Assembly (NCBI RefSeq): GCF_963676685.1
Contig: NC_092353.1
Location: forward strand, 45,880,001 to 45,944,000
Origin: Mytilus edulis
Lineage: Eukaryota
Length of the DNA: 64,000 bases
Direction: 5' to 3'
Shown: piece after piece, positions 39,312-53,250 of the stretch
Layout: every line of letters starts with the position of its first letter
How positions within the stretch are numbered: the stretch's first letter is position 1
Program-made: the position numbers and the translations under genes
The notes under the pieces: generated by a model
What the model saw: the letters and a program-made list of their open reading frames with translations, nothing else
Databases searched by the model: none
Told to the model about the DNA's origin: nothing

Positions 39312-41172
39312 GTCAACTGAAATAGCTTATATAGTCAAATACATTACCAACTTAAAACTATTCTACAATAGTGTAAACACACAGAGTATTAAAGAGAAGC
39401 AACATATACCTGAATGGGATATTGCAACTCATAAGTCGAAAATAGTCAACTGAAATAGCTTATATAGTCAAATACAACCAACTTAAAACTATTCTACAAT
39501 AGTGTAAACACACAGAGTATTAAAGAGAAGCAACATATACCTGAATGGGATATTGCAACTCATAAGTCGAAAATAGTCAACTGAAATAGCTTATATAGTC
39601 AAATACAACCAACTTAAAACTATTCTACAATAGTGTAAACACAGAGTGTATTATAGAGAAGAAACATATACCTGAAGGGGATATTCCAACTTATAAGTCG
39701 AAAATAGTCAACTGAAATAGCTTATATAGTCAAATACAACCAACTTAAAACTATTCTACAATAGTGTAAACACACAGAGTATTAAAGAGAAGCAACATAT
39801 ACCTGAAGGGGATATTGCAACTCATAAGTCGAAAATAGTCAACTGAAATAGCTTATATAGTCAAATACAACCAACTTAAAACTATTCTACAATAGTGTAA
39901 ACACAGAGTGTATTATAGAGAAGAAACATATACCTGAAGGGGATATTCCAACTTATAAGTCGAAAATAGTCAACTGAAATAGCTTATATAGTCAAATACA
40001 ACCAACTTAAAACTATTCTACAATAGTGTAAACACACAGAGTATTAAAGAGAAGCAACATATACCTGAAGGGGATATTGCAACTCATAAGTTGAAAATAG
40101 TCAACTGAAATAGCTTATATAGTCAAATACAACCAACTTAAAACTATTCTACAATAGTGTAAACACAGAGTGTATTATAGAGAAGCAACAATATACCTGA
40201 ATGGGATATTGCAACTCATAAGTTGAAAATAGTCAACTGAAATAGCTTATATAGTCAAATACAACCAACTTAAAACTATTCTACAATAGTGTAAACACAC
40301 AGAGTATTAAAGAGAAGCAATATATACCTGAAGGGGATATTCCAACTTATAAGTCGAAAATAGTCAACTGAAATAGCTTATAAGGCTTATATAGTCAAAT
40401 ACAACCAACTTAAAACTATTCTACAATAGTGTAAACACACAGAGTATTAAAGAGAAGCAATATATACCTGAAGGGGATATTCCAACTTATAAGTCGAAAA
40501 TAGTCAACTGAAATAGCTTATATAGTCAAATACAACCAACTTAAAACTATTCTACAATAGTGTAAACACAGAGTGTATTATAGAGAAGCAACAATATACC
40601 TGAATGGGATATTGCAACTCATAAGTTGAAAATAGTCAACTGAAATAGCTTATATAGTCAAATACAACCAACTTAAAACTATTCTACAATAGTGTAAACA
40701 CACAGAGTATTAAAGAGAAGCAATATATACCTGAAGGGGATATTCCAACTTATAAGTCGAAAATAGTCAACTGAAATAGCTTATATAGTCAAATACAACC
40801 AACTTAAAACTATTCTACAATAGTGTAAACACACAGAGTATTAAAGAGAAGCAATATATACCTGAAGGGGATATTCCAACTTATAAGTCGAAAATAGTCA
40901 ACTGAAATAGCTTATATAGTCAAATACCTAACCAACTTAAAACTATTCTACAATAGTGTAAACACACAGAGTATTAAAGAGAAGCAACATATACCTGAAG
41001 GGGATATTCCAACTTATAAGACGAAAATAGTCAACTGAAATAGCTTATATAGTCAAATACAACCAACTTAAAACTATTCTACAATAGTGTAAACACACAG
41101 AGTATTAAAGAGAAGCAACAATATACCTGAAGGGGATATTCCAACTCAGAAGTCGAAAATAAACTGACAACA
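39312..41172. repeat. 131-bp satellite-like array, ~14 copies
   Basis: GTCAACTG at 39312, 39445, 39576, 39707 and onward; very high identity between units. Confidence 0.97.
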
Positions 41173-41949
41173 CCAAATAGACTAACTTTGATGGTTAACA
41201 CTGGTCAGATATTAAAATAATTTCTTGTACAAATAAAGACCACAAGAAACTGGTGTAAATATGAATAACATTATTATTAAGGACCCGAAATGCTAGCCTG
41301 ATTGCCTGGTTTGGTTTAATATTGCAAATTTTTCAATGGGATCTGACATATCTCCAGAGCATCATTGAATTACGATTTGGTCAGGCAAAATAAAATAATA
41401 TTCATTTGCTTTAACCAGATGTCCTGCACAAATTTCCTAAAAGCTTATTTTAAATCCACACAATGCGCAGAAAATCTAAATAAATGATTTTTTTCCTTAC
41501 TAGACCTATTACTTTTAGTGTTTTAACTTAGGGAATGGATACCAAGGGACTTGTTGCATTCTTCTTCCTGATAGGGACACCTCAATTATTTATCAACAGT
41601 AATTTACCGATCTTTTCCTGACCAGAATTCTCACGATAACTTGTTTCTTAGCAAGAAAAAAAATAAATTATTAATCCCTTTTCTTCTTCCTTATCTAGGT
41701 TAATCATGCACCAGTCTAAGAAAACTTACACACTGTAATATTAGAATAAATTGTCCTACTTTTTTTCCTAAAATAGATACTTTTTGGTATTCTTACTTGA
41801 ATGTGTTTTTCTATATTTTAGCTGAAGGTGTTATATGGTATTCTTGCTGAAGGTAATAAGACAATATTGTTTTACTTGATATTAATAGGAGGCAGTCATC
41901 TTGGATTGGTGGTTCTTTTCATAAGTTACTTATAAAGGATTTTAATGTA

Positions 41950-42744
41950 CCGTATTCGGCCGTGTATAGTACGCAGTTATGTATAGTCCGCACCCCCTTT
42001 TCATCCCCTTAAAATCGAGAAAAAAAAAACAGTCTAGTTCACTGTTAAAATCCACTGGAAGTAATCTATTTTTCATGTTTTTTATAAAAATAATAAATTT
42101 TGTTTTATTTATTTCATGAAAAATAATGAAATGGTAGAGCTTTTCATCAGGTAATTAATATTTGATAATTTTATAAAAGTAATTATTAATCAAAATATCC
42201 CTTTTAAAATCAACATTTGTCTAAGTATGTCCAAGCTGATATATAATATAACAGAAATAATTTGAATATTATGGAACAAAAGAAAAAAGAGATCAAACAT
42301 TTATCTAAATTAATTAGCAGTAATCAAAATTTTTAAACTATTTAATCTTATATAATCTTTTCATTGATCATGTTGTTATATTGCCTGGGGATTATAATAT
42401 TTAACATCTGTCAAAACTTGACATCATTATTTAATTGCTACACACCCATACTTAATCCTTAATTACCCCTCTTGATTACCTATACAGGATGTCACACCTT
42501 TACTTTGACTAATCAATTTTGAAGAGAAAAGTTTAAAAAGAATAAGAATTAATTGAAATAAATATAATTAACGTCTCCAATATACATTATTAGTGCAGAA
42601 AAAAACGAAATTAAAAAAAAAAAAAAATTTTTTTTTTTTTTTTATAAATTTCGAAAACCGTCTATAGGTGTGTATAGTCCGCACCCCTTGTACAAACTAC
42701 AGATTGAAGGAAAAAAAGTGCGGACTATACATGCCCAAATACGG
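41950..42744. mobile_element. pogo/Tc1-mariner-like non-autonomous element (795 bp, TA TSD)
   Basis: TA|CCGTATTCGGCCGTGTATAGTACGCA ... TGCGGACTATACATGCCCAAATACGG|TA; internal repeats of TGTATAGTCCGCACCCC. Confidence 0.9.
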
Positions 42745-43444
42745 TATGCAATCATTTTAACTAAGAAGAACCTGCATAATTTAAAATATTTAATCGTCTA
42801 CCTTTAAATATTTTTAGGAACTGTGCAACAAATAGTTACACTTAAATATGAATCAAAAACTAGTGATTTGGACAAGGGAGATAATTTTATCATATACATA
42901 AGTATTGAAACATCATGGCCCTTAAGGGAAAAGTTTCATAATTTATTAAAATTCAATCATAAATCCATTTCATAATATAGGTATTCATGTCTCATGGGTT
43001 TTCATACTATTAAGAATGCATTGTGACATCAATATTTCCTTTGAAAAAGCATGCATAGTACGAATTCATATGGCGTACATTTCAAGCATAATGATCTGAC
43101 CATATATAAAATTTATTTCAATTTATTTCCTTTCATTACTTGTACACTAAATAAACTATGGGTTGAGTTCAATATCGTTCATGCAGTTGAACCTCCACCC
43201 CTTTTATCCTGGGTCAGAAATCCCCCTGTTAAACCCTTGTAAACCATCAACAGTTTTTATAAAGGTTTCTAAAACAGAAACTTTACTGTCAAGTCGACAG
43301 TTTTGATAGATATAATTACAACCTGAATACTTTAGAGCATTGAAAAAAAATTGAAACTAACAGGAAAGGATTCATAAACTGATAATGGAGTAAATGAAGC
43401 AAACTTCAGAATCTATGTTTTAAGAGTAAGCTGACAAAACTTAC

Positions 43445-44445
43445 GCATGACCAGGAGAAGTCTGAATTGCTTTGTAACGAGATTCCTCTTCAGTCGGCAG
43501 ATTAACATCGACAGAACTTGATCGGATTTGCTTTGAACTGTCTGAATCTTCATCAAAGGAAGCTTGTCTTTTGACCATTGGCCGAGTCGTATTTGACACA
43601 TTGTCTGAAGTTGAGCCTTTACATAAACATCCATCGAAGGACGTCGATCGTTGTTGTTTGATCACGGGTACTTGTAAAGTGAGCGCATTTGTATAATCTC
43701 CTTCGGTTGAATTATCTATACTTGAATCATTTCCTGTTGGATTTAATTCTATATAGTCATCATCCGCGAAATATAAATTTTCCGATTTTGAAAATGTATT
43801 TTCATTTGAGCAAATTTCTGTTTTTGCATTCTGTCCATTTGTCTTTGTTTGTTCACTAATATATTCGCTATTTTCAGTTTCTTCTGTATCAGTTTCCGAT
43901 TCATATGAGCTATCTGAAAAATCTTCATCTGATGAGCTAAAACTTCCACTTGAGGAAAACAAATTTTCGTCAGCTTCGTTTCCAAGGTAAAATTTACTAT
44001 GTGTATGTTTTTCGATCTCTTCTAAACTGTCTTTATAAGCTTGTTCAACATATACACAGTGTACACATAATTTTGGAATTTCTATTGAAGGTCTATGTTT
44101 TTGATATCTACTTAATTTAAAGCTTTTCCTCCTCCTTTCTTTAATTCCAGGATCGGAAAGATTCTCATCGGACGATGTACTCCATGAGCGATCTCCACCT
44201 GCGTTACATGAATCGAAAGATTGACAGCGCCGCCCTGGTCTAGGAACAGCTAAACAGTCCTTCTCTTTATGTAAGCTAGCCGAATCAAAACTTGAGGATC
44301 GCCCCCTCTGTTCGAGTCCAGGAACCTCTAAACATTTTATATCCTTCGGTTCATCAATAGATGTGGTCCTTTTTTGTCTTGGTAAACAAATTTTTGGAAC
44401 TTCTAAGGATGGAGATCCTGAACGTGCTCGTTTAAAGATGTTCAT
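43445..44445 (-). CDS. DGKZ: Type IV diacylglycerol kinase, long alternative first coding exon (~334 aa Ser/acid-rich N-terminal extension, rdgA-like)
   Basis: Only long ORF in the window (track 43441-44463). First ATG at 44445 (MNIFKRARS...). The apparent stop lies inside a perfect donor CATGC|gtaagt. The phase-2 end joins the 25723 exon in frame (SPGHA-KAISK). SLEVPK, RSxSFD and RSSSVDV.LPT motifs resemble the long N-terminus of insect rdgA-type DGKs as I recall it. Confidence 0.85.
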
Positions 44446-46284
44446 AATTCGATAATCAAACAAATATAAATTTATGAAATTTTACCTCCATAATTGTTGA
44501 CCACTGTGTATATCTAAAATCCATGACTGCTTCAATGACTATCAACTGTCACACTGTTTTGTTACTGTGTCTCATGTTTTCAATATATCCTTGATATTTT
44601 TATAGTTGGTTTTACAGAATCAATATTGTGTCAGCTATTACCGCACTGTAATTAGTTCATTCTCATTTAAGGCAATTAGATCACAGAATTATCTTTGGGT
44701 GAAAAAAAAATATTTTCTGACTTATTTCCAATTTCCTTTGTAAAACTGCTACGCTAATTTCAGTCTAGTGCATTTAAACCAGTTAAACTACTAAATAACA
44801 TTTCAGAATTACAATCTGCCGAGATGAACGTCCAAGTACAAATGTACATTTCCCCATTGTCAATGATACAATTATTTCCAGAATGAAAGAAAACGGTGTA
44901 AAAAATGACTGCAAACTTCCGATCCGTGTATCAATCTTAGAATCAATAACCTATAGTAAACACTGTCAATAGTAAAGGTACCGTACGTAGCTCACATTGA
45001 CGTCTACTTCTATGAAATAAGCGATAATTACCCTATTGTTTCTCAATTCATAATCCAATACAACCTTACGATACTGTTTTTTTATAAAAGTAAAAAAAAT
45101 AACATGCAACAGTCATTGACCTAAGTTTATGTCAACGATCAGTCTCATCAACAAGTCAATTTAATTCTTAAAGCTGTTTATACTAATCTTTCATGCAGAC
45201 AAGTCCTCAAAGACATAATGTAAACAGAATTAATAAATTCCAAGGTACCGTTGATTTTTAGAATCCTGTTTACCTCTACAGGTGCATTCCACTGAGTAAA
45301 TAAAAAATAAATATCACGTTGTCAACAAAAACATTTTCAATATTTATATCCATATAAGTTCAACAAAGTACTTTCTCACAAAACATCAGCTTCAAACTTA
45401 AAGGTCTCAAAACATCAATAGTCATTAAAAAATAAAATTCTAAAATCATCTGATATTTACATCTATAATTAATAACACATGTTGTACATTTCTCCCGATA
45501 ATTTTTGATTTCACCATCATATTTTCCATCTATATATCAGAAGAGAATTTTTCAAATCCATCAACAGTAATGATTTTCTTAATTAATCCAGGGGGTTATA
45601 ATTTCCTGCTAAACTCTGTTATAAATTCCTTGATCAGCTGATCTTCATACAGCTTAAGATCACAACCACAAACTGTAACACTCAGTCGTCTGTTTCCTAT
45701 ATTTTTCCAAGTTTATTATGAAAACAGAAGAATTGTCGAAACAATAAGACTTCGTAGGCAGATAATGATTTACATTACATACGCAACATCTTGGATGCAA
45801 TTTCATCTTAGTAAATATAGATGATCTATTAGTGAAATACCTATATTGTTAATCCAAAGTTATTAGTCCACATAATGAAGAAATTTCTCTAACATGTATA
45901 TTTTTCTGACCTGGGAAAATTAGATCCAGTTATATCATGGGCTGTACATGTGATATATATTGGTATGAACAATAAACAACAGTTACTATTTGTTTAAAAT
46001 GCAAGAGCAGATAATTAAATAAAAACTCAATTTTGGGGGGTTGCTCAGACTTTAAAGGGGTAACCTTAAAAAATGCAGTGTTGAAATTATAATTGCTAAG
46101 GTGTTTTTAAGGTACTAAATTATTTGATTTTACTTAATGTCCATTGGCAAATATTTCATGAACATTCATTTATAGCAATATACCCAGGTTCTCTATCAAT
46201 TCAGAATTCAATACTGAATTGAATCATAATTGCAATTTTTGGCACATGATAATAATGTACAATAAATTAACATATTTTCTTTAT

Positions 46285-46640
46285 ATGTTCGTTTACTTTT
46301 CTACATTGGCTAGAGGTATAGGGGGAGGGTTGAGATCTCACAAACATGTTTAACCCCGCCGCATTTTTGCACCTGTCCTAAGTCAGGAGCCTCTGGCCTT
46401 TGTTATATATATAGTCTTGTATTATTTTAATTTTAGTTTCTTGTGTACAATTTGGAAATTAGTATGGCGTTCATTATCACTGAACTAGTATATATTTGTT
46501 TAGGGGCCAGTTGAAGGACGCCTCCGGGTGCGGGAATTTCTCGCTACATTGAAGACCTGTTGGTGACCTTCTGCTGTTGTTTTTTTCTATGGTCGGTTGT
46601 TGTCTCTTTGGTACATTCCCCATTTCCATTCTCAATTTTA
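46285..46640 (-). mobile_element. Interspersed repeat family B, inverted copy
   Basis: Reverse complement of 13205-13580. Confidence 0.85.
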
Positions 46641-47707
46641 GCTTGTATAATATAACATTCATGAATAATTGAAAGTAAAGAAGGATGTTTAAACTGAAGA
46701 GATTTTTCACTTGCTCCATTTTTCTCAGGGATGAAAAAAATGTGCATTAATTTCTAAATCATGGTAAATCTAAAGTTAAATCATCTAAAGTTCAGCTGTT
46801 TTACCTGGGTAATTTCAAAGCCAACAGCTAACAATTTTTCAAATAGCTTAATTCTCTTGTAATTAAGATAAATGGACAACTGTTAATGTACAAGCTGAGA
46901 TGGATCGCCTCTGTTGTAAATAAATCTTCACTCTTGAACTTAAAAAAAAACTGTTTTCCTCTAAATATTAATTTACAATTTTGTAATTATCTTACTTTCA
47001 TGGGGTAGATACCAATCAGTTCAAATATGATCCTTAAAATGTGCTTTATCTGCAGACTGCTTAAATCCTAAAAATCACTTTATCCTAGCAATATATGCAA
47101 TGTAAACAAAACACTGTTGTTTTAAATCAAATTTCATCAAAAATGCAGAAAATTGTTTATAGAGATCTTACTATACTACAATTCTCAATCTAAACAAACA
47201 GTCACTATTTTAAAGTGTTACTTTTATGCTTAAAAGCTTGTTATAAGTTCAACTTCAAGAGAACAGGTCAATACCATTTACTTGAAGAGGAACTTAATTA
47301 CCTTTCTACTTTCTTCGCCGTGGCATTCTGGATCAAGACAATATAGTATTTTTCAACATTTTTTTCTTGGTTTTTTTTCTTCTCTCTAGTGTAAAGATAT
47401 TGGAATTTTTCATAATTTATCATAAAATTTTAACCATTTCTCAACAGCACTGCTCAAAACCCAGTTACTTTGGATTCAGTTCTTTTTGAGGGACACTAGT
47501 TTTTGTAGATTGAGTTTGCTTAAGTCTAAATACATTAACTTAAAAAAATATATATTAAACTATCAAACATTGAAATTTGTGTTGATGCCTTCATCAAAAA
47601 ATTCCATGAAATACTGGTATCCTACTATTAATAATGAATCGACACCACTAGAAATCTAAAAGCACCAAACTGGGCTTAGTAATTGTGAAAAGGGTTACAG
47701 CTCAATA

Positions 47708-48140
47708 GATATAGGAAGATGTGGTGTGAGTGCCAATGAGACAACTCCATCCAAAATAACAATTTATAAAAGTAAACCATTATAGGTCAATGTACGGCCT
47801 TCAACAAGGCGCCTTGGCTCATACCGAACAACATGCTATAAAGGACCCCGAAATTACTAGTGTAAAACCATTCAAACGGGAAAACTAAGGGTCTAATCTA
47901 TATAAAAAACGAGAAACGAGAAACACATATAAATTAAAAAACAAACGACAACTACTGTACATCAGATTCCTGACTTAGGACAGGTGCAAACATTTGCAGC
48001 GGGATTAAACGTTTTAATGGTACCAAACCTTCTCCCTTTTTCCGAAACAATAGCATAACATCACAACATAGAAAAACACACAATAAAATATCAATTGGAA
48101 GGCTTAACTCTATCAAAAAACGTAAACTAACACACTATGA
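47708..48140 (+). mobile_element. Interspersed repeat family A, longest copy (others ~31285-31495, 34093-34285, 37676-37995, 49622-49790, 53965-54262)
   Basis: AGATGTGGTRTGAKTGCCAATGAGACAACT...GGCCTTCAACA...GCTATAAA.GG.CCC...CCTGACTTAGGACAGG is shared among copies. Confidence 0.88.
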
Positions 48141-48624
48141 ACGAATACAATATTTGTTTACATAAAAAAAGCAAAAAGATAAAATTTCTCTCCTAGCCGC
48201 GATAGAATCCCCCCCCCCCCCCCCCCCACAAACTGTATTTATGTATAGCTTTAAATAAAAGGAGATGAAGCTATACAATTATACATTTTCAATGAGACAG
48301 CAACCCAGAGACATCAAATACCATTTACGACATCTATTCATTTTTTCCCTTAATTAGTGATATATAAATTGGATTCTAGGTTTACTCCCACATTGCCATC
48401 AAAATAGTGATTTTATAGACCTCAGGTCAGACGTGTTGCTGCTTCTTTAAACCACATTATCTAAACAATTTAAATAAAGAACGATATCAATCATGTAGAA
48501 TATCAGAACGCTCAACATAAAGTCTTCAAAAATGTGTCAGCTCAGAAACAATTTCGAGAAATTTCATTTTGAATTCTGAAAATTTTTAAACCTGGAGAAA
48601 AAAAATTGTATTTATATTGAATAT

Positions 48625-48830
48625 CAAGCAGTAAAATAACAAAAATACTGAAATCTGTGGAAAATTCTAAATGAAAAGTCCATAAGCCAATGGCAAAATT
48701 AAAAGTTCAAACAGTTAACATATCAAACAAATAGATAACAACTGTCATATCACTGACTTGGTACAGGCTTTTATGTAGAAAACAGTGGATTAAACCTGGT
48801 TTTATATCTAGCTAAACCTCTCACTTCAAG
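48625..48830 (+). mobile_element. Interspersed repeat family D; inverted fragment at ~23955-24030
   Basis: AATGGCAAAATTAAAAGTTCAAAC...TCAAACAAAT.GATAACAACTGTCA occurs at both sites. Confidence 0.7.
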
Positions 48831-51800
48831 GTCTTTTTTATGTGGCCGTAAACAAATCAGCTTAACTTTCAAAGTTTCCTTTTTCAGTTTGAAGCTTAGG
48901 CAATAATTTGTTACTAGTGTGTTTCCGCCAGTGAATTATATTTCCAAAATTTCAACCCTTTCCATAGATTGTTATTAAAATTTCCTACTCCAATCAAACA
49001 CTTTTTCCATTAAAGATCATTAAACCCTGATTAAAACAAACATGAAGGACTGACTCAGTCAATCAGCAGTGTCACTTTCATTAAAGAAATTCCATAAATA
49101 ATCTTTCTATTTTTTTCATGTTTTAATTTAACTAAAAGCTTTTTCCCCCGCTATTAGAAACAGCAAATATAAAATACTTGACAAGATCATTCTCGCTGTA
49201 ATGCTACAAGCTTAACAGAAATCCTCTTATATGTATAAGCATGTTTGCTTTTGTAGATTGTACTTATTTTCCTATAAAATCATCACTTTTGATTGTTTTT
49301 TATTTTGCCATGTTCCCAAACCACTCGATATATAACAAGACATTTATATGCCTGTAGAAGCAGGAAGTAGAATTAGAGGCTTACTATTAACACTAAGTAG
49401 AACACCACATACATCATCTTACTTTGGTTTTCAACACGATGAAAATAGAGAGAATCCTATTATACATCAAGTTATATATATGAACAATAAAATCATCTTT
49501 CACAATCTCATACTAATGAAAGCTTGAAAAATCACGTTTTACTGGCAGATCTAGAGGAAGGGGATTTTTCAAGCAGTCAATTTTTAGTCCATTAAAAATG
49601 ACTTAAACATATCAATGTAAAAAAAGAAGATATGATATGATTGCCAATGAGACAACTCTCCACAAGAGACCAAATGACACAGAAATTAACAACTATAGGT
49701 CCCTGTATGGCCTTCAACAATGAGCAAAGTCCATACTGTATAGTCAGCTATAAAAGGCCCCAGAATGACAAATGTAAAACAATTCAAAGGAGGATGGATC
49801 ACCTTGGAATGGAGGGGAATAACACACTTTTGGGATATGGGATATAGCGATGTTTAAAAAAATGAGGGATCTTGAAAAGAAAAGAAAAGATTTTTTTAAA
49901 AAGCAGGTGATGGGAAATGAGCACCCTGTATCCCCCTAATAGAGTTGTATCCCCCATTAGTAGCAAACCATGGTGAAAAAAGTCTTATGATGCTGATGAA
50001 ATCTAAAAGCCAACAATAATCCTTAAAATTACCTGGCATCTATGACCTGAATCTGAGTCAAGAAGGAAATTTGGTCAAATTCTCAAAAGATATTCATGTT
50101 TATTAAAGGAGATGTGTCTAAGGTATGATGTCAAGACTCTTTTTAACAAAATCTAATCATCATGAACAATTAGCCGTTTCAGAATCTGAAGAATCATTGG
50201 TAATTTCATTGTTCGTACCCCAAAATGAAAATAACGCCACGTCATTGGTTAAATTTCCATTGTTTATGACATTTTTAACCAATCAGGACGTTGTGGTGTA
50301 CACTTTTAAAAATATTACCCAGGATGCATTAGATTCTGAAACGGCGAATTGGAATGAATGTATGTATGTGGCTCAAACATTAAAATATCAAACAAACATA
50401 AGCCAAGCCCTTGCAATTGGAAATGTAAATTAAGACTAGTTAATTTCAAAAGAGAGGTGTTTGCAAGGGAGATAATTCATCAATAAACTAGCCTCAGAGA
50501 TAAATATGCCACATTATACACGGTATAATCTCTTTGAAAAATGAAAAGACCTTTCTTTGAAATCATCTTTTTTACAGAAATGTAGAACAAAACTGACATA
50601 TTAATTCTCAGACTTCAAACATTCTGACTTGCGTGCCATTTTGTAATAGTGCATGAGGAAATAATTAAAAGACCTTTCACAAAGACTTATGGATTAATAA
50701 GCATAATTTGAAGGCATCCTCTCAAAAATGACATATTGTCCTTCCACCCACATTCAAATATCATGCTGTAACTCGACACAAATACTACTCAGCGTAAAGC
50801 TGCGTAAATCCTTCTTTGTTTTCCATATAATTAATTATAGTATTACTATGTGTTAGCTTCACTGAAGAAATTACCATAAAACATGTATTATTTCATTTTC
50901 AATACTATAATAAATTTATCAAAAATTTGCATTAATGGATCGAACGAAAATCTTTTCTCATAATGTATATTTCGTTCTTTGATGTTGAAGTTTCTGTCAA
51001 CATTAAAAGGGATCATTGTTAAGTGAAATGAATACCAATTGTTATTCTTACATTAGATGTTAATTTCAATATCCATCATAATGCACATGTAAAATAATAT
51101 CCCAAGAATTATACTCATTAGTATTTTGTTTTTGTTTTGGTTTTATTGTATAGAACTGAGTATAACCAAACTTAAAACTTTTACATATTCAATAGCCTGC
51201 ACTTTTACACCATATAAGAGTACATGTGACTGATGTTAACAAGATTACATCATTTTTATCCTCCTACTGATATATTGATATAATAAAATAATTTTAGGAG
51301 AAACTTATGTTGAAACAAGAGAGTCTCCGATTTCACTGTAAATGTTATAATCTGTACTGTGTCTTAATAAAATTGACAAAGGAAATGGGGGATTTGTCAG
51401 AATACCAACATAAGAGCAGAAAACAGGCAAAGGCCACCAACCACAGCAAGTGGTGGTCAGTTTTTATTGGTGAAGAAGGCTGGATTGCTAAGAGAGAACC
51501 ATGACCTTTTGAAGAAAAACTGACAATCCTAGGCCATAAAGATTAGAGTTGAACACACCTGCTATGATTGGATTTCACCCTCAGACCTGAGTAATAAAGT
51601 AGTTCAACTACTTAGACCTCTGAGACTGTCCCCCTTTATAGTTCTCTGAGATTGAATAAGACAATCATTTGTTTATTACATTGCTTTTAACAGCATTTCT
51701 CTTAAAAGTTATAAACACATCCATTCCACAACACTTGGATCTTTAATACAAGAAAAACTGCATACATTATATTTGTGGGATGAAATAAAGATGTTTCTCC

Positions 51801-52019
51801 TATATACAACATCATCTGAAAATTTTAATATAGATAATTAAGATATTACATTCCAAACATTTACCACACGATTCATTTTCATGTTTATTAAGATCCACTA
51901 AAGGATTGTTCTGTCAATCATGATTATCACTAACAACAAACATCTACCACACGATTTATCTTCATGTTAATCAAGATCCACTCATTAGGATTGTTCTATC
52001 AATCATGATTATCACTAAC

Positions 52020-53250
52020 AACTCTTCTACATGTATAGATCATTAAAGAATTAATCACCAACTTTTCTTATAAGGGGAAATAACACAGTATGTTTTCTTC
52101 TACATATATAGATCATTAAAGCATTAATCACCAACTTTTGTTATAAGGCTAGATAACACAGTATGTTTATAAAGTAAACTCTTCTACATGTATACCGGTA
52201 GATCATTAAAGAATTAAACACCAACTTTTCTTATAAGGGGAGATAACACAGTATGTTTATAAAGTAAACTCTTCTACATTTTTTGACCATTAAAGCATTA
52301 ATCACCAACTTTTGTTTAAAGGGGAGATAACACAGTATGTTTATAAAGTAAACTCTTCTACATGTATAGCGCTAGATCATTAAAGCATTAATAACCAACT
52401 TTTGTTATAAGGGGAGATAACACAGTATGTTTATAAAGTAAACTCTTCTACATATATAGACCATTAAAGCATTAATCACGAACTTTTGTTATAAGGGGAG
52501 ATAACACAGTATGTTTATAAAGTCAACTCTTCTACATGTATACCGGTAGATCATTAAAGCATTAATCACCAACTTTTGTTATAAGGGGAGATAACACAGA
52601 ATGTTTATAAAGTAAACTCTTTTACATATATAGACCATTAAAGCATTAATCACCAACTTTTGTTTAAAGGGGAGATAACACAGTATGTTTATATAGTAAA
52701 CTCTTCTACATGTATAGCGGTAGATCATTAAAGCATTAATCACCAACTTTTGTTTAAAGGGGAGATAACACAGTAAGTCTATAAAGTAAACTCTTCTACA
52801 TGTATAGATTATTAAAGCATTAATCACCAACCTTTGTTATAAGGGGAGATAACACAGTATGTTTATAAAGTCAACTCTTCTACATGTATAGATCATTAAT
52901 GCATTAATCACCAACCTTTGTTATAAGCGGAGATAACACAGTATGTTTATAAAGTCAACTCTTCTACATGTATAGATCATTAAAGCATTAATCACCAACC
53001 TTTGTTATAAGGGGAGATAACACAGTATGTTTATAAAGTCAACTCATCTACATGTATAGATCATTAATGCATTAATCACCAACCTTAGTTATAAGGGGAG
53101 ATAACACAGTATGTTTATAAAGTCAACTCTTCTACATGTATAGATCATTAACGCATTAATCACCAACCTTTGTTATAAGGGGAGATAACACAGTATGTTT
53201 TTAAAGACAACTCTTCTACATGTATAGATCATTAAAGCATTAATCAATAA
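52020..53250. repeat. 84-bp minisatellite, ~14 copies (preceded by an ~85-bp duplication at 51860-52025)
   Basis: AACTC at 52873, 52957, 53041, 53125, 53209; the unit contains AAGGGGAGATAAC. Confidence 0.95.

Noticed and set aside
43413-43985. 73-aa and 78-aa alternative-frame ORFs overlapping the long exon
   Set aside because: Shadow ORFs of the real reading frame.
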